From Gemmatimonadota bacterium (GTDB lineage Bacteria > Gemmatimonadota > Gemmatimonadetes > Gemmatimonadales > GWC2-71-9), in contig JBGQFX010000002.1 of the NCBI GenBank assembly GCA_041497135.1, positions 30,355-94,354 of the forward strand: 64,000 bases of DNA. The letters are read 5' to 3'. The notes beneath the pieces were generated by a model, which did not search any database, was not told the DNA's origin, and worked only from the letters and a program-made list of their open reading frames with translations. Position numbers and translations under genes: made by a program. This document shows positions 26,365 through 36,066 of the stretch, in pieces (the first letter of the stretch is position 1; each line of letters begins with the position of its first letter).

Positions 26365-27584
26365 GCCTCTATAGTAGCGGCGAGCGGGGCCGTGCGCTGC
26401 TCGCGCGCGGCGAGCACCCCAGCCACCCCGACGATGCCGGCCGCCATCACGAACGGCACGCCGTGGCCGAGCTTATCGAACACCAGCGTGGCACCAACCG
26501 GTCCCACGATGCTCATGATGCCGCGAAACGTTTGTTGCGCGCCCATCACCAGGCCAAACTCCTGTTTCTCCGTCCGCTTGCTCACCAGGGAAGTGGACGC
26601 CGGGAACAAGAGCGCCGTCCCTGCCGGAACGAGCATCAGAAAGAGAATGAATAAGGGGAGCGCCGCCGCCGGCGTGAGCACCGCCGCCGGCAGCGGCATG
26701 AGGGCCAGGCCGACGGCCAGGAGCAGCGTGCCAATCTGCATGGTGCGCACTTCCCCGACCCGGCCGTTGATCCAACCGACGAGCGACGCCCGCATCGCCA
26801 CGCCGACCAGGCCAAAGATCGGGAAGAAATACCCGATCGTCCGCTCGGTCACGTCGAAGGTGTCCTTGAGGTAGAGCGCCAGCACGCCGATGACGACGTT
26901 CAGCGCCAACATCCCGACGACATAGATCCAGATCACCCGGTGCGCGGGGGTGTCGGGGTGGTGCACCACCTCCCACAACGCCTGCTTCACGGAGCGAGTT
27001 GGCGGAGCAACGGGCCCCTTGCCGCTCGGGGTGCGGGGGTGTGGGACGCGCGACTCGGGAAGCCACTTCCAGGCGAACGCCACGTTCACGAGCACCAGGG
27101 CGGCTGCGACCAGGCCCGGGGCCGCAATGCCGAAACGGTACGCCGCCGATCCGATGAACGGACCAATCACGACCCCGGCGCTCGTCGCCGCCGAGAGCCA
27201 GCCAAGCGCCTTGGCGCGCTCTCCGGGCTCGATGGCGTCGGCCACGTAGGCCTGAGCGACCCCGGTGGTGCCGCCGCCGAGGCCCTGCACGACGCGCGAG
27301 GCGAACAGCATCCACAGGCTGTTCGCAAAGCCGAAGATCAGGTACGCGAATGCTGAGGCGCCCAATCCAATCAAGACCGCCGGGCGGCGCCCGTAGCGAT
27401 CGGAGAACTTGCCCCATACTGGTGAGGACACGAGTTGCGCCACCGCGAACGCGGCGATGAGGGGTCCGACCAGCCACTCCGGCGCGTGCAGACGCAACGC
27501 GTAGAACGGCATCAGCGGAGCGACGAGCATCAGCCCCAGCATGTCGACAAAACAGACGGCCATCAGGACGGACAATCGCTTCAC
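26361..27584 (-). CDS. MFS transporter (drug/H+ antiporter-like, 12 TM)
   Basis: 407 aa. GKFSDRYGRRP (MFS motif A). 4-nt overlaps on both sides. Confidence 0.9.
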   Translation of the reverse strand: MKRLSVLMAVCFVDMLGLMLVAPLMPFYALRLHAPEWLVGPLIAAFAVAQLVSSPVWGKFSDRYGRRPAVLIGLGASAFAYLIFGFANSLWMLFASRVVQGLGGGTTGVAQAYVADAIEPGERAKALGWLSAATSAGVVIGPFIGSAAYRFGIAAPGLVAAALVLVNVAFAWKWLPESRVPHPRTPSGKGPVAPPTRSVKQALWEVVHHPDTPAHRVIWIYVVGMLALNVVIGVLALYLKDTFDVTERTIGYFFPIFGLVGVAMRASLVGWINGRVGEVRTMQIGTLLLAVGLALMPLPAAVLTPAAALPLFILFLMLVPAGTALLFPASTSLVSKRTEKQEFGLVMGAQQTFRGIMSIVGPVGATLVFDKLGHGVPFVMAAGIVGVAGVLAAREQRTAPLAATIEA

Positions 27585-29215
27585 CGGCGTGCTCCAAATC
27601 CGAGCACGAGGCCGCTCGTGATCATGAGGACCACCCCGAACGCCGCGGCGACCCCCATCTCGTTGATACGCAGAGCCGAGTTGATCTCGATCGAGATCGG
27701 GCGATTGTACGGGGTGTAGAGCACGATCGAGGTCACGAAATCACCCAGCGCCGCGATGAAGGCGAGGCTGGCGCCCGCCGCCAGCGCCGGCTTGAGCTGC
27801 GGCAGCGTCACGCGCCGCAGCGTGCGCCAGGCCCCAGCGCCGAGGCTCGCCGCGGCCTCCTCGAGCGCCGGATCGAGCTGGCGATAGCCGGCCAGGATCG
27901 CGCGGCCGGTGACCGGGAGATTCCGGACCAGGTAGGCGAGCGGCAGGATCGCCACGGTGCCGACGAGCACCCAACGCAACGCCTGCGGCGCGTGCACGCT
28001 GAACGCGGTCGCGAGCGCGATAGCGAATACCGTACCGGGCAGCGCCCACGGCACAGTGAGCAGCCAGTCGATCGGGACACGCCAGGCCACACGCCGCCGG
28101 ACCACGAGCCACCCGGCCACGAGGGCGAGGCCGACGGCGGCCGCGGTGCTGGCGCCCGCCATCCACAGGGAGTTCACCAGCGGCTCCAGTCGCTCCGGCT
28201 CCGCCAGCAGGCGGCGGTAATTCACGAGGTTGAGCACCGGCGGCAACGTCTCCGTGGTCCAGGTCGCGTAGGGCGCCAGCGACACGAGGATCAGGGTCAG
28301 GTGCGGGAGCAACAGGAGGACCGCGAATCCCCAACCCAGTAGCGTGGCGGCGGCCCGCACCGGCGGGCTCGCGAGCGCGCGGCGCTGCGGCGCGGTCCCC
28401 TTGCCGAGCCCCACCAGGAGAGCGTCGCCTTCGGTCCGACGCAGCAGCGCCAGTCCGATCACCGCCACCAGCGCCAGCGTGATCGTCTCGACCATGGCGA
28501 CCCCCATCTCGCCGTTCTGCTTCGACGCGAAGATCTGGGTCGTCATCACCCGGAACCCACCACCGAAGACGTAGGGGGCGCTGAAGGAGCCGAGCGACGT
28601 CATGAACGTCAGCAGCGCCGCGCCGGCGAGCGACGGTCGTACGAGCGGGAGGGTCACGCGGAACAGCGTGCGGACCCGGCCAGCGCCCAACGCCTGCGCG
28701 GCCTCGAGCATCGCCGCGTCCAGCTTGGCCAGCCCGGCGCGCGTGAACAGATAGAAGTACACGTACATCGAGTACGTGTGGACGAGCAGGATCGCGCCGG
28801 CCCCCTGCAGGTGCCAGGGAGCGCTCTGAAAACCAAACAGATGTTGGAGGAACCGTGCGACGAATCCCGTTTCACCGTACAGGAAGTAAAAGGCGATCAC
28901 GCCCACGAACGGCGGCAGCACCGCGGGCAATGCGATCAAGGCTCCCAGCAACTTCCGCCCGGGGAACTCAAGCCACTCGAACAGGAACGCGAGCGGCACG
29001 CCGACTAGCGCCGCCAATCCCACGCTGGCGAGCGAGATCCACACGCTGGCCCACAGCGCCCGCCATTCTCCCGGGCGGGCGGCGAACGTCCGCAGCGAAT
29101 CGCCCCGCGCGCCCTCCACCGCCACGAGCAGGATCGGGTACACCACGAGCCAGATCAGCAGCAACGTGAGCACGAAGCCCGCGAGCCCTGCCCCGCGGCC
29201 GCGACGGACGCTCAA
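27581..29215 (-). CDS. ABC importer permease, fused two-domain (FbpB/ThiP-type)
   Basis: 544 aa. Two BPD_transp_1 halves, each with an EAA-like loop (LEAAQALGAGRVRTLFRVTLP and LEEAAASLGAGAWRTLRRVTLP). Confidence 0.9.
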   Translation of the reverse strand: MSVRRGRGAGLAGFVLTLLLIWLVVYPILLVAVEGARGDSLRTFAARPGEWRALWASVWISLASVGLAALVGVPLAFLFEWLEFPGRKLLGALIALPAVLPPFVGVIAFYFLYGETGFVARFLQHLFGFQSAPWHLQGAGAILLVHTYSMYVYFYLFTRAGLAKLDAAMLEAAQALGAGRVRTLFRVTLPLVRPSLAGAALLTFMTSLGSFSAPYVFGGGFRVMTTQIFASKQNGEMGVAMVETITLALVAVIGLALLRRTEGDALLVGLGKGTAPQRRALASPPVRAAATLLGWGFAVLLLLPHLTLILVSLAPYATWTTETLPPVLNLVNYRRLLAEPERLEPLVNSLWMAGASTAAAVGLALVAGWLVVRRRVAWRVPIDWLLTVPWALPGTVFAIALATAFSVHAPQALRWVLVGTVAILPLAYLVRNLPVTGRAILAGYRQLDPALEEAAASLGAGAWRTLRRVTLPQLKPALAAGASLAFIAALGDFVTSIVLYTPYNRPISIEINSALRINEMGVAAAFGVVLMITSGLVLGFGARR

Positions 29216-30189
29216 CGACCCGGCTCCGAAAAGCGCAGCACCCGTGCGGCCCCGATACTCACCCGATCGCCGATGCGAGCGCCATCGGGAGCCGCCTGCA
29301 CCTCGAGGCGCTCCCCCGTATCGATGGTGACCTGGAAAAACGCCGCCGCGCCGGTATAGCGTCGCTCGGCCACGACACCCGACAGTCCCGGCGCACCGAA
29401 GCGCAGCTGCTCCGGTCGCACCAGGACGACCTGCCCGTCGGTCGCACCCAGCGCGCGCGCCGCGGCCCCCCGCAAGACGTTCGCCCGTCCTACAAACGCG
29501 CCGACAAAGAGGCTCGCGGGACGCTCGTACAGATCCTCGGGTGTTCCCACCTGCTCCAGTCGACCCGCGTTCAAGACGGCGATGCGATCGCCCAGATCGA
29601 ACGCTTCGTCCTGCTCGTGCGTGACGAACACCGCCGTGATCCCGACCCGCTTGATGAGCTGCCGCAGCTCCCGGCGCGTGCGCTCGCGCAGGCTGGGGTC
29701 GAGATTCGACAGCGGCTCGTCGAGCAACAACACGCGCGGCGCGGGGGCCAGGGCGCGGGCCAGGGCGACGCGCTGCTGCTGGCCGCCCGACAGCTCCTGC
29801 ACCTTGCGCCGCTCGAACCCCGCCAGGTCCACGAGCGCGAGCGCCTGAGCGACCGCCTCGCCCTTCCCCTCGAGCCCGAACGCCACGTTCTCTCCGACGT
29901 CCAGGTGCGGAAACAGCGCGTAGTGCTGGAACACCATCCCGATACGGCGGCGCGCGGGCGCGAGGCCGGTGACGGTTTCGTTTTCGATCACCACATCACC
30001 CGCGTCGGGCCGCTCGAATCCAGCCAGCAGACGCAACAGCGTCGTCTTGCCGCTGCCGGAGGGCCCGAGCAACGCGAGGATCTCGCCGCGCGCGATGGCG
30101 AGCGAGACAGGGCCGATCGTGACGGTCTCGCTGAAACGGATGCGCAGCTGGTCGAGGGCGAGGAAGGACCTGCCGGACTCAGCGCCCAC
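29212..30189 (-). CDS. ABC transporter ATP-binding protein (FbpC/PotA-like)
   Basis: 325 aa. GPSGSGKTT, LSGGQQQRVALARAL, LLLDEP and a C-terminal TOBE-like domain. Confidence 0.93.
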   Translation of the reverse strand: MGAESGRSFLALDQLRIRFSETVTIGPVSLAIARGEILALLGPSGSGKTTLLRLLAGFERPDAGDVVIENETVTGLAPARRRIGMVFQHYALFPHLDVGENVAFGLEGKGEAVAQALALVDLAGFERRKVQELSGGQQQRVALARALAPAPRVLLLDEPLSNLDPSLRERTRRELRQLIKRVGITAVFVTHEQDEAFDLGDRIAVLNAGRLEQVGTPEDLYERPASLFVGAFVGRANVLRGAAARALGATDGQVVLVRPEQLRFGAPGLSGVVAERRYTGAAAFFQVTIDTGERLEVQAAPDGARIGDRVSIGAARVLRFSEPGR

Positions 30190-31318
30190 CCTTCCCCCTC
30201 ACGTGCTCGTCCCAGTAGCGCATCCACTCCGCACCGTGCTGCGCCAGCTGGGCCCAGTCCATGTCGGCGACGACCATGTGGGCCCGGACGTCGCGAACCC
30301 ATTGGGGCAGCGAGTCGGCCGCGAGGTCGGTGCGGGCCGGCAGGCGGTAGACCTCGCGCGCCGTGAGCAGCTGGACGGCGGGGCTTCCCACCCACTCAAT
30401 GAACGCGCGCGCCGCGGCGCCGTGCGACGCGTGGCGAATCACCCCGATCGCGTCCTCGATGGCGGGCGTTCCGCTCTTGGGAAACCGGTAGCCCAAGGGC
30501 AGCCCGTCCCGCTTGTTGAGCTGGATGTCGGGAAGGTCCCAGATCGTAACCAGCCCTTCCTGGCGCACGATCTTCTGGTCGAGCAGCGGCCCATTGAGCA
30601 CATACTCCTTCGTCTGCGCATCGAGGCGGCGCAGCCACGCGAACCCGGCCGCGGTGTCGCCCGTCTGCTTGATGCCGCGCTCGATGATCATCCCCCATAC
30701 GGCGCGCATCGTGCCGGAGGCGATCGGGTCGCGAATCAGAATCTTGCCCTTCCATTTGGGATCGAGCAGCTCGTCCCAATCCTGCGGCGCTTGATCGGCC
30801 GGAACTGCCTGCTCGGCGTACACGATCACCGCCGGCGTTTCGTAGGCTGAGAAGTAGAGATCGCCGGGACCCCGCCCCGCCGGCGAGATCGCGTCGGCCC
30901 AGGACGGACGGAACGGCTCGAGCAGCGAATCCTTCGCCCCCAAGGCGAAAATCGTCGCTGGCCCGCCAAACCACACGTCGCCCTGCGGATTGGCGCGCTC
31001 AGAGCGAACCCGGTCGTACACTTCCTGCGAGCCCATGTCGAGCCAGCGCACGTCGATGTCGGGGTGCAGGGCCTCAAACCGGGTCTCGAGCAACGTCAGG
31101 AGATCGCGTCCGTGAGGGGTGTAGATGACGAGCGGCGTTCGGTTCCCCCGCCCGCAGGCGGTAAGGAGGCAAGCGAGCAGAACGCCGGCCCGCAGCGGGT
31201 GGTGATGTGCGCGGTGCGTAGTGCGCGGTATTCTCCGCTGATATCCCGCCTCCGTCTCCGTCGGCTGGCTCTGAGCCTGAAAATACCGCGCACCGCCCAC
31301 GGCGTACCTACGGAACAT
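30179..31318 (-). CDS. ABC importer periplasmic substrate-binding lipoprotein (Fe3+/thiamine/AEP-type SBP_bac_6/8-like)
   Basis: 379 aa. Lipobox LLACLLTAC after a long basic leader. VIYTPHG...WFGGP pattern. Overlaps both neighbours by 11 nt. Confidence 0.8.
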   Translation of the reverse strand: MFRRYAVGGARYFQAQSQPTETEAGYQRRIPRTTHRAHHHPLRAGVLLACLLTACGRGNRTPLVIYTPHGRDLLTLLETRFEALHPDIDVRWLDMGSQEVYDRVRSERANPQGDVWFGGPATIFALGAKDSLLEPFRPSWADAISPAGRGPGDLYFSAYETPAVIVYAEQAVPADQAPQDWDELLDPKWKGKILIRDPIASGTMRAVWGMIIERGIKQTGDTAAGFAWLRRLDAQTKEYVLNGPLLDQKIVRQEGLVTIWDLPDIQLNKRDGLPLGYRFPKSGTPAIEDAIGVIRHASHGAAARAFIEWVGSPAVQLLTAREVYRLPARTDLAADSLPQWVRDVRAHMVVADMDWAQLAQHGAEWMRYWDEHVRGKGGR

Positions 31319-33779
31319 GGCTCTGCTTCAATCCCAGCAGATTCGCAAACAACCGATACGCCCCGACGACGCCGGCCGGCAGCTCCCGGAAGAAGCTGAG
31401 CCCGGTGTAGACGTAGGTCCCGCGACCGAGCGGGGCAACCAGCAGTCCGCCGGCGAGCGGCGGCCCGCCGGAATCGTGCGCCTCGAGCTGCGGCACGTAG
31501 GTCGAGTCCCAATCGTGGGCGAAGTACAACCCGCGCTCCTGCACCCAACCTTCCCAGTCGGTCGGCGTGATTTCGTTCGGCGTGTGGAAGACGGGGCTCC
31601 CCGGCAGGAGCGGCGTGACGGGAGCCGTCTCATCGCTCACGCGATCGTGCGGGGCCGCGATGCTCAGCCGATAGGGCGGGAAGCCGCCCTGAACGAACTG
31701 ATACTGCTGATACTGGACGACCAGCAGGCCGCCGGCCCGGGCGTAGTCGAGGACGCGTCCGTTGTTCGCCACCAGGGCTGAATTCGTTTCATAGGCTCGA
31801 CTGCCGATCACGATGGCATCGTAGCGCGACAGGTCGGCGCGCTCCAGTGAGTCGGCATCGAGCAGGACGACCGGCACGCCGACCTCCGCCAGCGCTTCGG
31901 GCACGCGATCGGCGGCGCCGCGCACGTACCCGACGCGCGCCAGGCCCGGCAGCAGAATCTTCGCCACACGGATCTCGACGGACGACGGATGCACGGCGGG
32001 GCGCGGACGGATGTGGGGATAGTCGATGATGGCCAATGCGCCATCACTCACCCGTCCATCGACCCCGGTGGCGGTTGCCTTCAGCGTCACCGTCCCGGGA
32101 CTCGGCTGGGCCGGCAGCCGCACCGTAAACGTCACGCTGCGCGTCTCATCCTCCCGTGCGAATGAGAGGGATTCGGCGGGCACCGGGGCCCACCCGGGCG
32201 GCACCGAAAGACGGGCCAGCGCCTTCGCCGCCCCGCGCGACCGGTTGGTGACCATCACGGTCACGGCACGCGTCGTTCCGGTGGCGCCGTCCACCGGCCA
32301 CACGATCAGCGCCGGCGTCACCGCGACCTCGAACGGTTGGGTCACCAGAACCGGCCGCCGGATCTCCCCCACCGCCTGGTCGCGATACCGATACACGATC
32401 TCACGCGTGAGCGTGACCGGGGCGCCGGCGATCGTGCAGTGCACCCGCGCCACGAGGGGCGGCGGCTCGAACGGGAGGCCGCGGACCTGGGCCGGAACCC
32501 CGCTCCAGTCGTAGAGCGCCCCGTGCAAGGGACGACGCAGAAAGTACGCCTGGGACCGGGGGGCGTCTGAAGCCACGGTGACGCCGAAGCGGCGCACCAC
32601 GAGGGCGTTCGGAGGCGCCACGGCGCTTTGCGCCTCGAGCCGCTCGGTTTGCCAGCCGTCCGGCGTGACAAGGTCGACCGCCTCGATCGGGACCGGGTCG
32701 CCGCTCGTGTTCCACACGCTCACTTCCACTTGCAGCCGCTGACCCGCCGTCACGATGCCGTCATCGGCGATGCCGTCGACGATCACGCCCGAAGCTTCCG
32801 CCAGCGCCTGCTCCAGGATCGCGCGCTGCTCCTCGTCGTCCGGACCGAGGGTCGCGAGCGCGCGCGCCAGGAGGGGCGCGATGCGCGCCGGCGCGAACGG
32901 ATTGAGCGCGGCACGCGCCGAATCGATCAGTGCGCGGAACCGTTCATGACCGTGCCAGATCGTATCGACGCCGGCGAACAGGCCCGCCGCGGTCCCCGCG
33001 TTCGATTCGATCAGGGACAGGCGGGTCGACGCGGGTCCGAGCCGCTGCAGCATCCCGAAGTCCTGCGTGCGATGGTGGCTGCGGGCGGCCATGGCGATCT
33101 GGTAGTAGGACTGGCCGAGCACCGGGTCGAGCGACCCGGTCGGAATAGTGAGCGTCGTGGCGGCGGTGTCGAAATTGGTCGAGCGATACAGCTTGACCGG
33201 TCCACCGGCGGAATCCCGCAACCAGGTGAACGCCTGACGCGCGAGTATCCCGGCGACCTGATGCTGCCCGTGCCCGTCGGCCGGCGTGCCGGAAAAGACC
33301 GAGACGATGATCTGCGGCCGAAACCGGCGGATCACGTCGAGCACGTCGGTGAGCAGCGAATCCCGGGGCCAGAAGCGGAAGGACTCGTCGGCGGACTTGG
33401 AGAAGCCGAAGTCGTACGCGCGGGTGAAGAACTGGTGCGCCCCGTCCACCGAGCGCGCGCCGAGCAGCTCCTCGGTGCGGATCAGGCCAAGCTCGGGTCC
33501 CAGCTCGGGGCCGATGAGATTCTGGCCCCCCTCTCCGCGGTTGAGCGCCAGATATGCCGCTTGTGCCCCGAGCCCGCGCGACACCCACGTGAGCAGCTGG
33601 GAGTCTTCGTCGTCGGGATGCGCGCCGATGACCAAGACGCGTTTCCAGGCGCCGAGCTGCTCGAGTGCGTTCGCCAACGCCGCGACGCCGCCGGTGCCGG
33701 CGGGCCCGAGTTGTTGGGCCCGCCCGGTGCCGGCGGCGCCGAGACAGAGAGCCGCGAAGGCCGCGAGCGCGCGTCGCAC
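31308..33779 (-). CDS. PIG-L/LmbE-family deacetylase fused to large C-terminal domains (ThuA/GATase1-like end)
   Basis: 823 aa. Signal peptide, VLVIGAHPDDEDS and HGQHQ motifs of the LmbE family. Confidence 0.82.
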   Translation of the reverse strand: MRRALAAFAALCLGAAGTGRAQQLGPAGTGGVAALANALEQLGAWKRVLVIGAHPDDEDSQLLTWVSRGLGAQAAYLALNRGEGGQNLIGPELGPELGLIRTEELLGARSVDGAHQFFTRAYDFGFSKSADESFRFWPRDSLLTDVLDVIRRFRPQIIVSVFSGTPADGHGQHQVAGILARQAFTWLRDSAGGPVKLYRSTNFDTAATTLTIPTGSLDPVLGQSYYQIAMAARSHHRTQDFGMLQRLGPASTRLSLIESNAGTAAGLFAGVDTIWHGHERFRALIDSARAALNPFAPARIAPLLARALATLGPDDEEQRAILEQALAEASGVIVDGIADDGIVTAGQRLQVEVSVWNTSGDPVPIEAVDLVTPDGWQTERLEAQSAVAPPNALVVRRFGVTVASDAPRSQAYFLRRPLHGALYDWSGVPAQVRGLPFEPPPLVARVHCTIAGAPVTLTREIVYRYRDQAVGEIRRPVLVTQPFEVAVTPALIVWPVDGATGTTRAVTVMVTNRSRGAAKALARLSVPPGWAPVPAESLSFAREDETRSVTFTVRLPAQPSPGTVTLKATATGVDGRVSDGALAIIDYPHIRPRPAVHPSSVEIRVAKILLPGLARVGYVRGAADRVPEALAEVGVPVVLLDADSLERADLSRYDAIVIGSRAYETNSALVANNGRVLDYARAGGLLVVQYQQYQFVQGGFPPYRLSIAAPHDRVSDETAPVTPLLPGSPVFHTPNEITPTDWEGWVQERGLYFAHDWDSTYVPQLEAHDSGGPPLAGGLLVAPLGRGTYVYTGLSFFRELPAGVVGAYRLFANLLGLKQSHVP

Positions 33780-35065
33780 TATTGGGAAAGATACACGGTG
33801 CCACCCTTCATAACGAACTTCACCCGCTGCAGTTCCGTGATGTCCCGCAGCGGATCACCGGCCGTCGCCACGATGTCCGCGAATTGTCCGGGGGCGATCG
33901 TTCCGAAATTGTCCTGCTGCCCGAGCAGCTCGGCGGCGAGCGACGTGCCGGATTTGATCGCCTGCATCGGCGTCATGCCGTATTGCACGTAGTACTCGAA
34001 TTCCTTTGCCTGGTTGATCTCGGTCCAGGGGAAGCCGCCGACGTCGGTCCCCATGACGATCTTGACGCCCTTTTTCACGGCGCGCCCGAACGCCGCGCGT
34101 TGGTGGTCCACCATCGGCCCCCAGATGCCCCCGCGCGGACCAGCGACGTACAGCGCCACGGTCACCGTCGGCACCCAGTAGGCCCCCTGGCGCACCATGA
34201 CGTCCATCAGCGAATCCGTCATCCCGTCGCCGTGCTCGATCGAGTTCACGCCGGCCCGCAGCGCGGCGGCGATGCCGTCCGCGCCGATCGAGTGGGCGGC
34301 GACGCGGCGGCCTAGCCGGTGAGCTTCGTCCACGATCGCCTTCGCTTCGTCGTCGGTGAAATTGACCCAGCTGCGCAGGATGGAGTCGGGCGTGAAGTAA
34401 TAGCGCCGGTCAGAGTAAAACTTGATCCAGTCGGCGCCGTGGCCCACCTGTTCGCGCACGGCGCGGCGCGCCCCGTCCACGCCGTCGACCGGCTGCACGC
34501 CGTGCGGCAGCTCGAGCTCCCAGTTCTGCGACAGGATCGGGTACATGGCGGTGGGCGCCATGGCCCGGGTCGAGGCGAAGATGCGCGGCCCGGGCACCTC
34601 GCCGCGGTTCACCGCCAGCTTCACGTCCACGTCGGCGTACATCGCTCCTTCGGTCTCGACGTCGCGGATCGCCGTGAACCCGTGCTCCAGCGACAGTCTG
34701 GCGTTGCGGGCGGCCAGGATCGCGCGATACGCTGTCGACTGATACAGCAGCTGCACATCGTAGGCCGCGCTCGTGGAATCGCCCTGCAGCAGGAGATGCG
34801 TGTGGGTGTCGATGAGCCCCGGCAGCACGGTCATCTGCGACAGGTCGATGACCCGCGCCCCGCCGGCCTGCGCCTGGATCTGCGCCACGGGACCCACGGC
34901 CTGGATCCGATCGCCGACGATCAGGATCCCCATGTTCGGCTGGGCCTGGTCGGCTCGGCCGTCGATCAGGCGGCTGGCCTTTATGAAGATCCGCTGTGGT
35001 GGCGGATTCTGAGCCGCCAGAGCCATCGGGACTGCGAGGAAGAGCGGAAGGATGAGCCAACGCAT
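33779..35065 (-). CDS. secreted amidohydrolase-family metallohydrolase
   Basis: 428 aa from ATG 35065 (MRWLILPLFLAVPMALAAQ). LIDTHTHLL, AHSIG and GTDVG motifs. Shares one base (33779) with the downstream gene start. Confidence 0.88.
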   Translation of the reverse strand: MRWLILPLFLAVPMALAAQNPPPQRIFIKASRLIDGRADQAQPNMGILIVGDRIQAVGPVAQIQAQAGGARVIDLSQMTVLPGLIDTHTHLLLQGDSTSAAYDVQLLYQSTAYRAILAARNARLSLEHGFTAIRDVETEGAMYADVDVKLAVNRGEVPGPRIFASTRAMAPTAMYPILSQNWELELPHGVQPVDGVDGARRAVREQVGHGADWIKFYSDRRYYFTPDSILRSWVNFTDDEAKAIVDEAHRLGRRVAAHSIGADGIAAALRAGVNSIEHGDGMTDSLMDVMVRQGAYWVPTVTVALYVAGPRGGIWGPMVDHQRAAFGRAVKKGVKIVMGTDVGGFPWTEINQAKEFEYYVQYGMTPMQAIKSGTSLAAELLGQQDNFGTIAPGQFADIVATAGDPLRDITELQRVKFVMKGGTVYLSQ

Positions 35066-35172
35066 CGCAAATGCTCCGGGATGAGGGCCACGCAAATCTA
35101 GACCATCCTCCCGGGGAGCGGTAAGCTTTATGGGCACCGTACGCGACCCCGCTGGTTTCCGCAGGAGGGCGA

Positions 35173-36066
35173 ATGCCGATTCGGGTCCAGTGTGATTGCG
35201 GAACTTCCTACGAGCTGAAGGACGAGTTCGCCGGGCGGCTCGTGAAGTGCCCACAGTGCGGACGGGAGAACCGCGTGGCCGGGCGGCCGGCGGCCCCGAC
35301 GAGCGAGACGGCCTTGGACCCCGCCTTTGCCCGCGATGTGTTCCTGCTGCGACAGCAGATCCTGAAGATCTCGGAGAAGTACGATGTCTGCGACGAGCAG
35401 GGCAACAAGATCGTCTTCGTCGAACGGCCGGCCCATTTCCTCCAGAACCTCGGAGCGATCCTGGTCGGCGCCATCGCTGGAACCTTGGTCGCCGTCGGCT
35501 TCGCGCAGTTGGCCGAATTGACCAAGGGGACGGTGCTCGAGTCGGTGTTCATCATTCTGGCCGTCGTCGGATTCCTTGCAGCCATGTTCGCCCTCGCGAT
35601 CGGACTCTCGGCGAAACGGCACGTGACCTTTTATCGCGACCAGACCAAGCGGGAGAAACTCCTCGACATCCTGCAGGACAAGAAGTGGCAGCCGATCACC
35701 GCCACCTACACCGTGCGCGATGCCGTGGGGAGCACCCTTGCCCTGCTCGGGAAGAACTATCTGTACAACATCGTGCGCAAGCGCTGGTACGTGCGCGCTC
35801 CCGACGGCACCGTGCTGTACCTGGCCAAAGAGGATTCCGTCATTCTTTCCTTGCTCAGACGCATCCTCGGTCCGTTGTTCGGCGTGCTCCGCACCAATTT
35901 CATTTTCGTCCGTCCGGAGCGCGATGAAGTCGTCGGGGAGTTCAACCGGAAACTCACGATCCTCGATCGCTATTCGCTCGACTTGAAGGCCGACCCCCAG
36001 CGCACCTTCGACCGCCGTGTGGCCCTGGCCCTCGGCGTCATGCTGGATACAGGCGAGCGGCGGTGA
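35173..36066 (+). CDS. zinc-ribbon + LOR/scramblase (tubby C-terminal-like) family protein with internal TM hairpin
   Basis: 297 aa. N-terminal CDCG...CPQCG ribbon. LLRQQILKISEKYDVCDEQGNKIVFVERP and RTNFIFVRPERDEVVGEFNRKLTILDRYSLDL resemble DUF567/LURP-one/scramblase beta-barrel repeats. Two hydrophobic helices are inserted between them. Confidence 0.55.
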   Translation: MPIRVQCDCGTSYELKDEFAGRLVKCPQCGRENRVAGRPAAPTSETALDPAFARDVFLLRQQILKISEKYDVCDEQGNKIVFVERPAHFLQNLGAILVGAIAGTLVAVGFAQLAELTKGTVLESVFIILAVVGFLAAMFALAIGLSAKRHVTFYRDQTKREKLLDILQDKKWQPITATYTVRDAVGSTLALLGKNYLYNIVRKRWYVRAPDGTVLYLAKEDSVILSLLRRILGPLFGVLRTNFIFVRPERDEVVGEFNRKLTILDRYSLDLKADPQRTFDRRVALALGVMLDTGERR

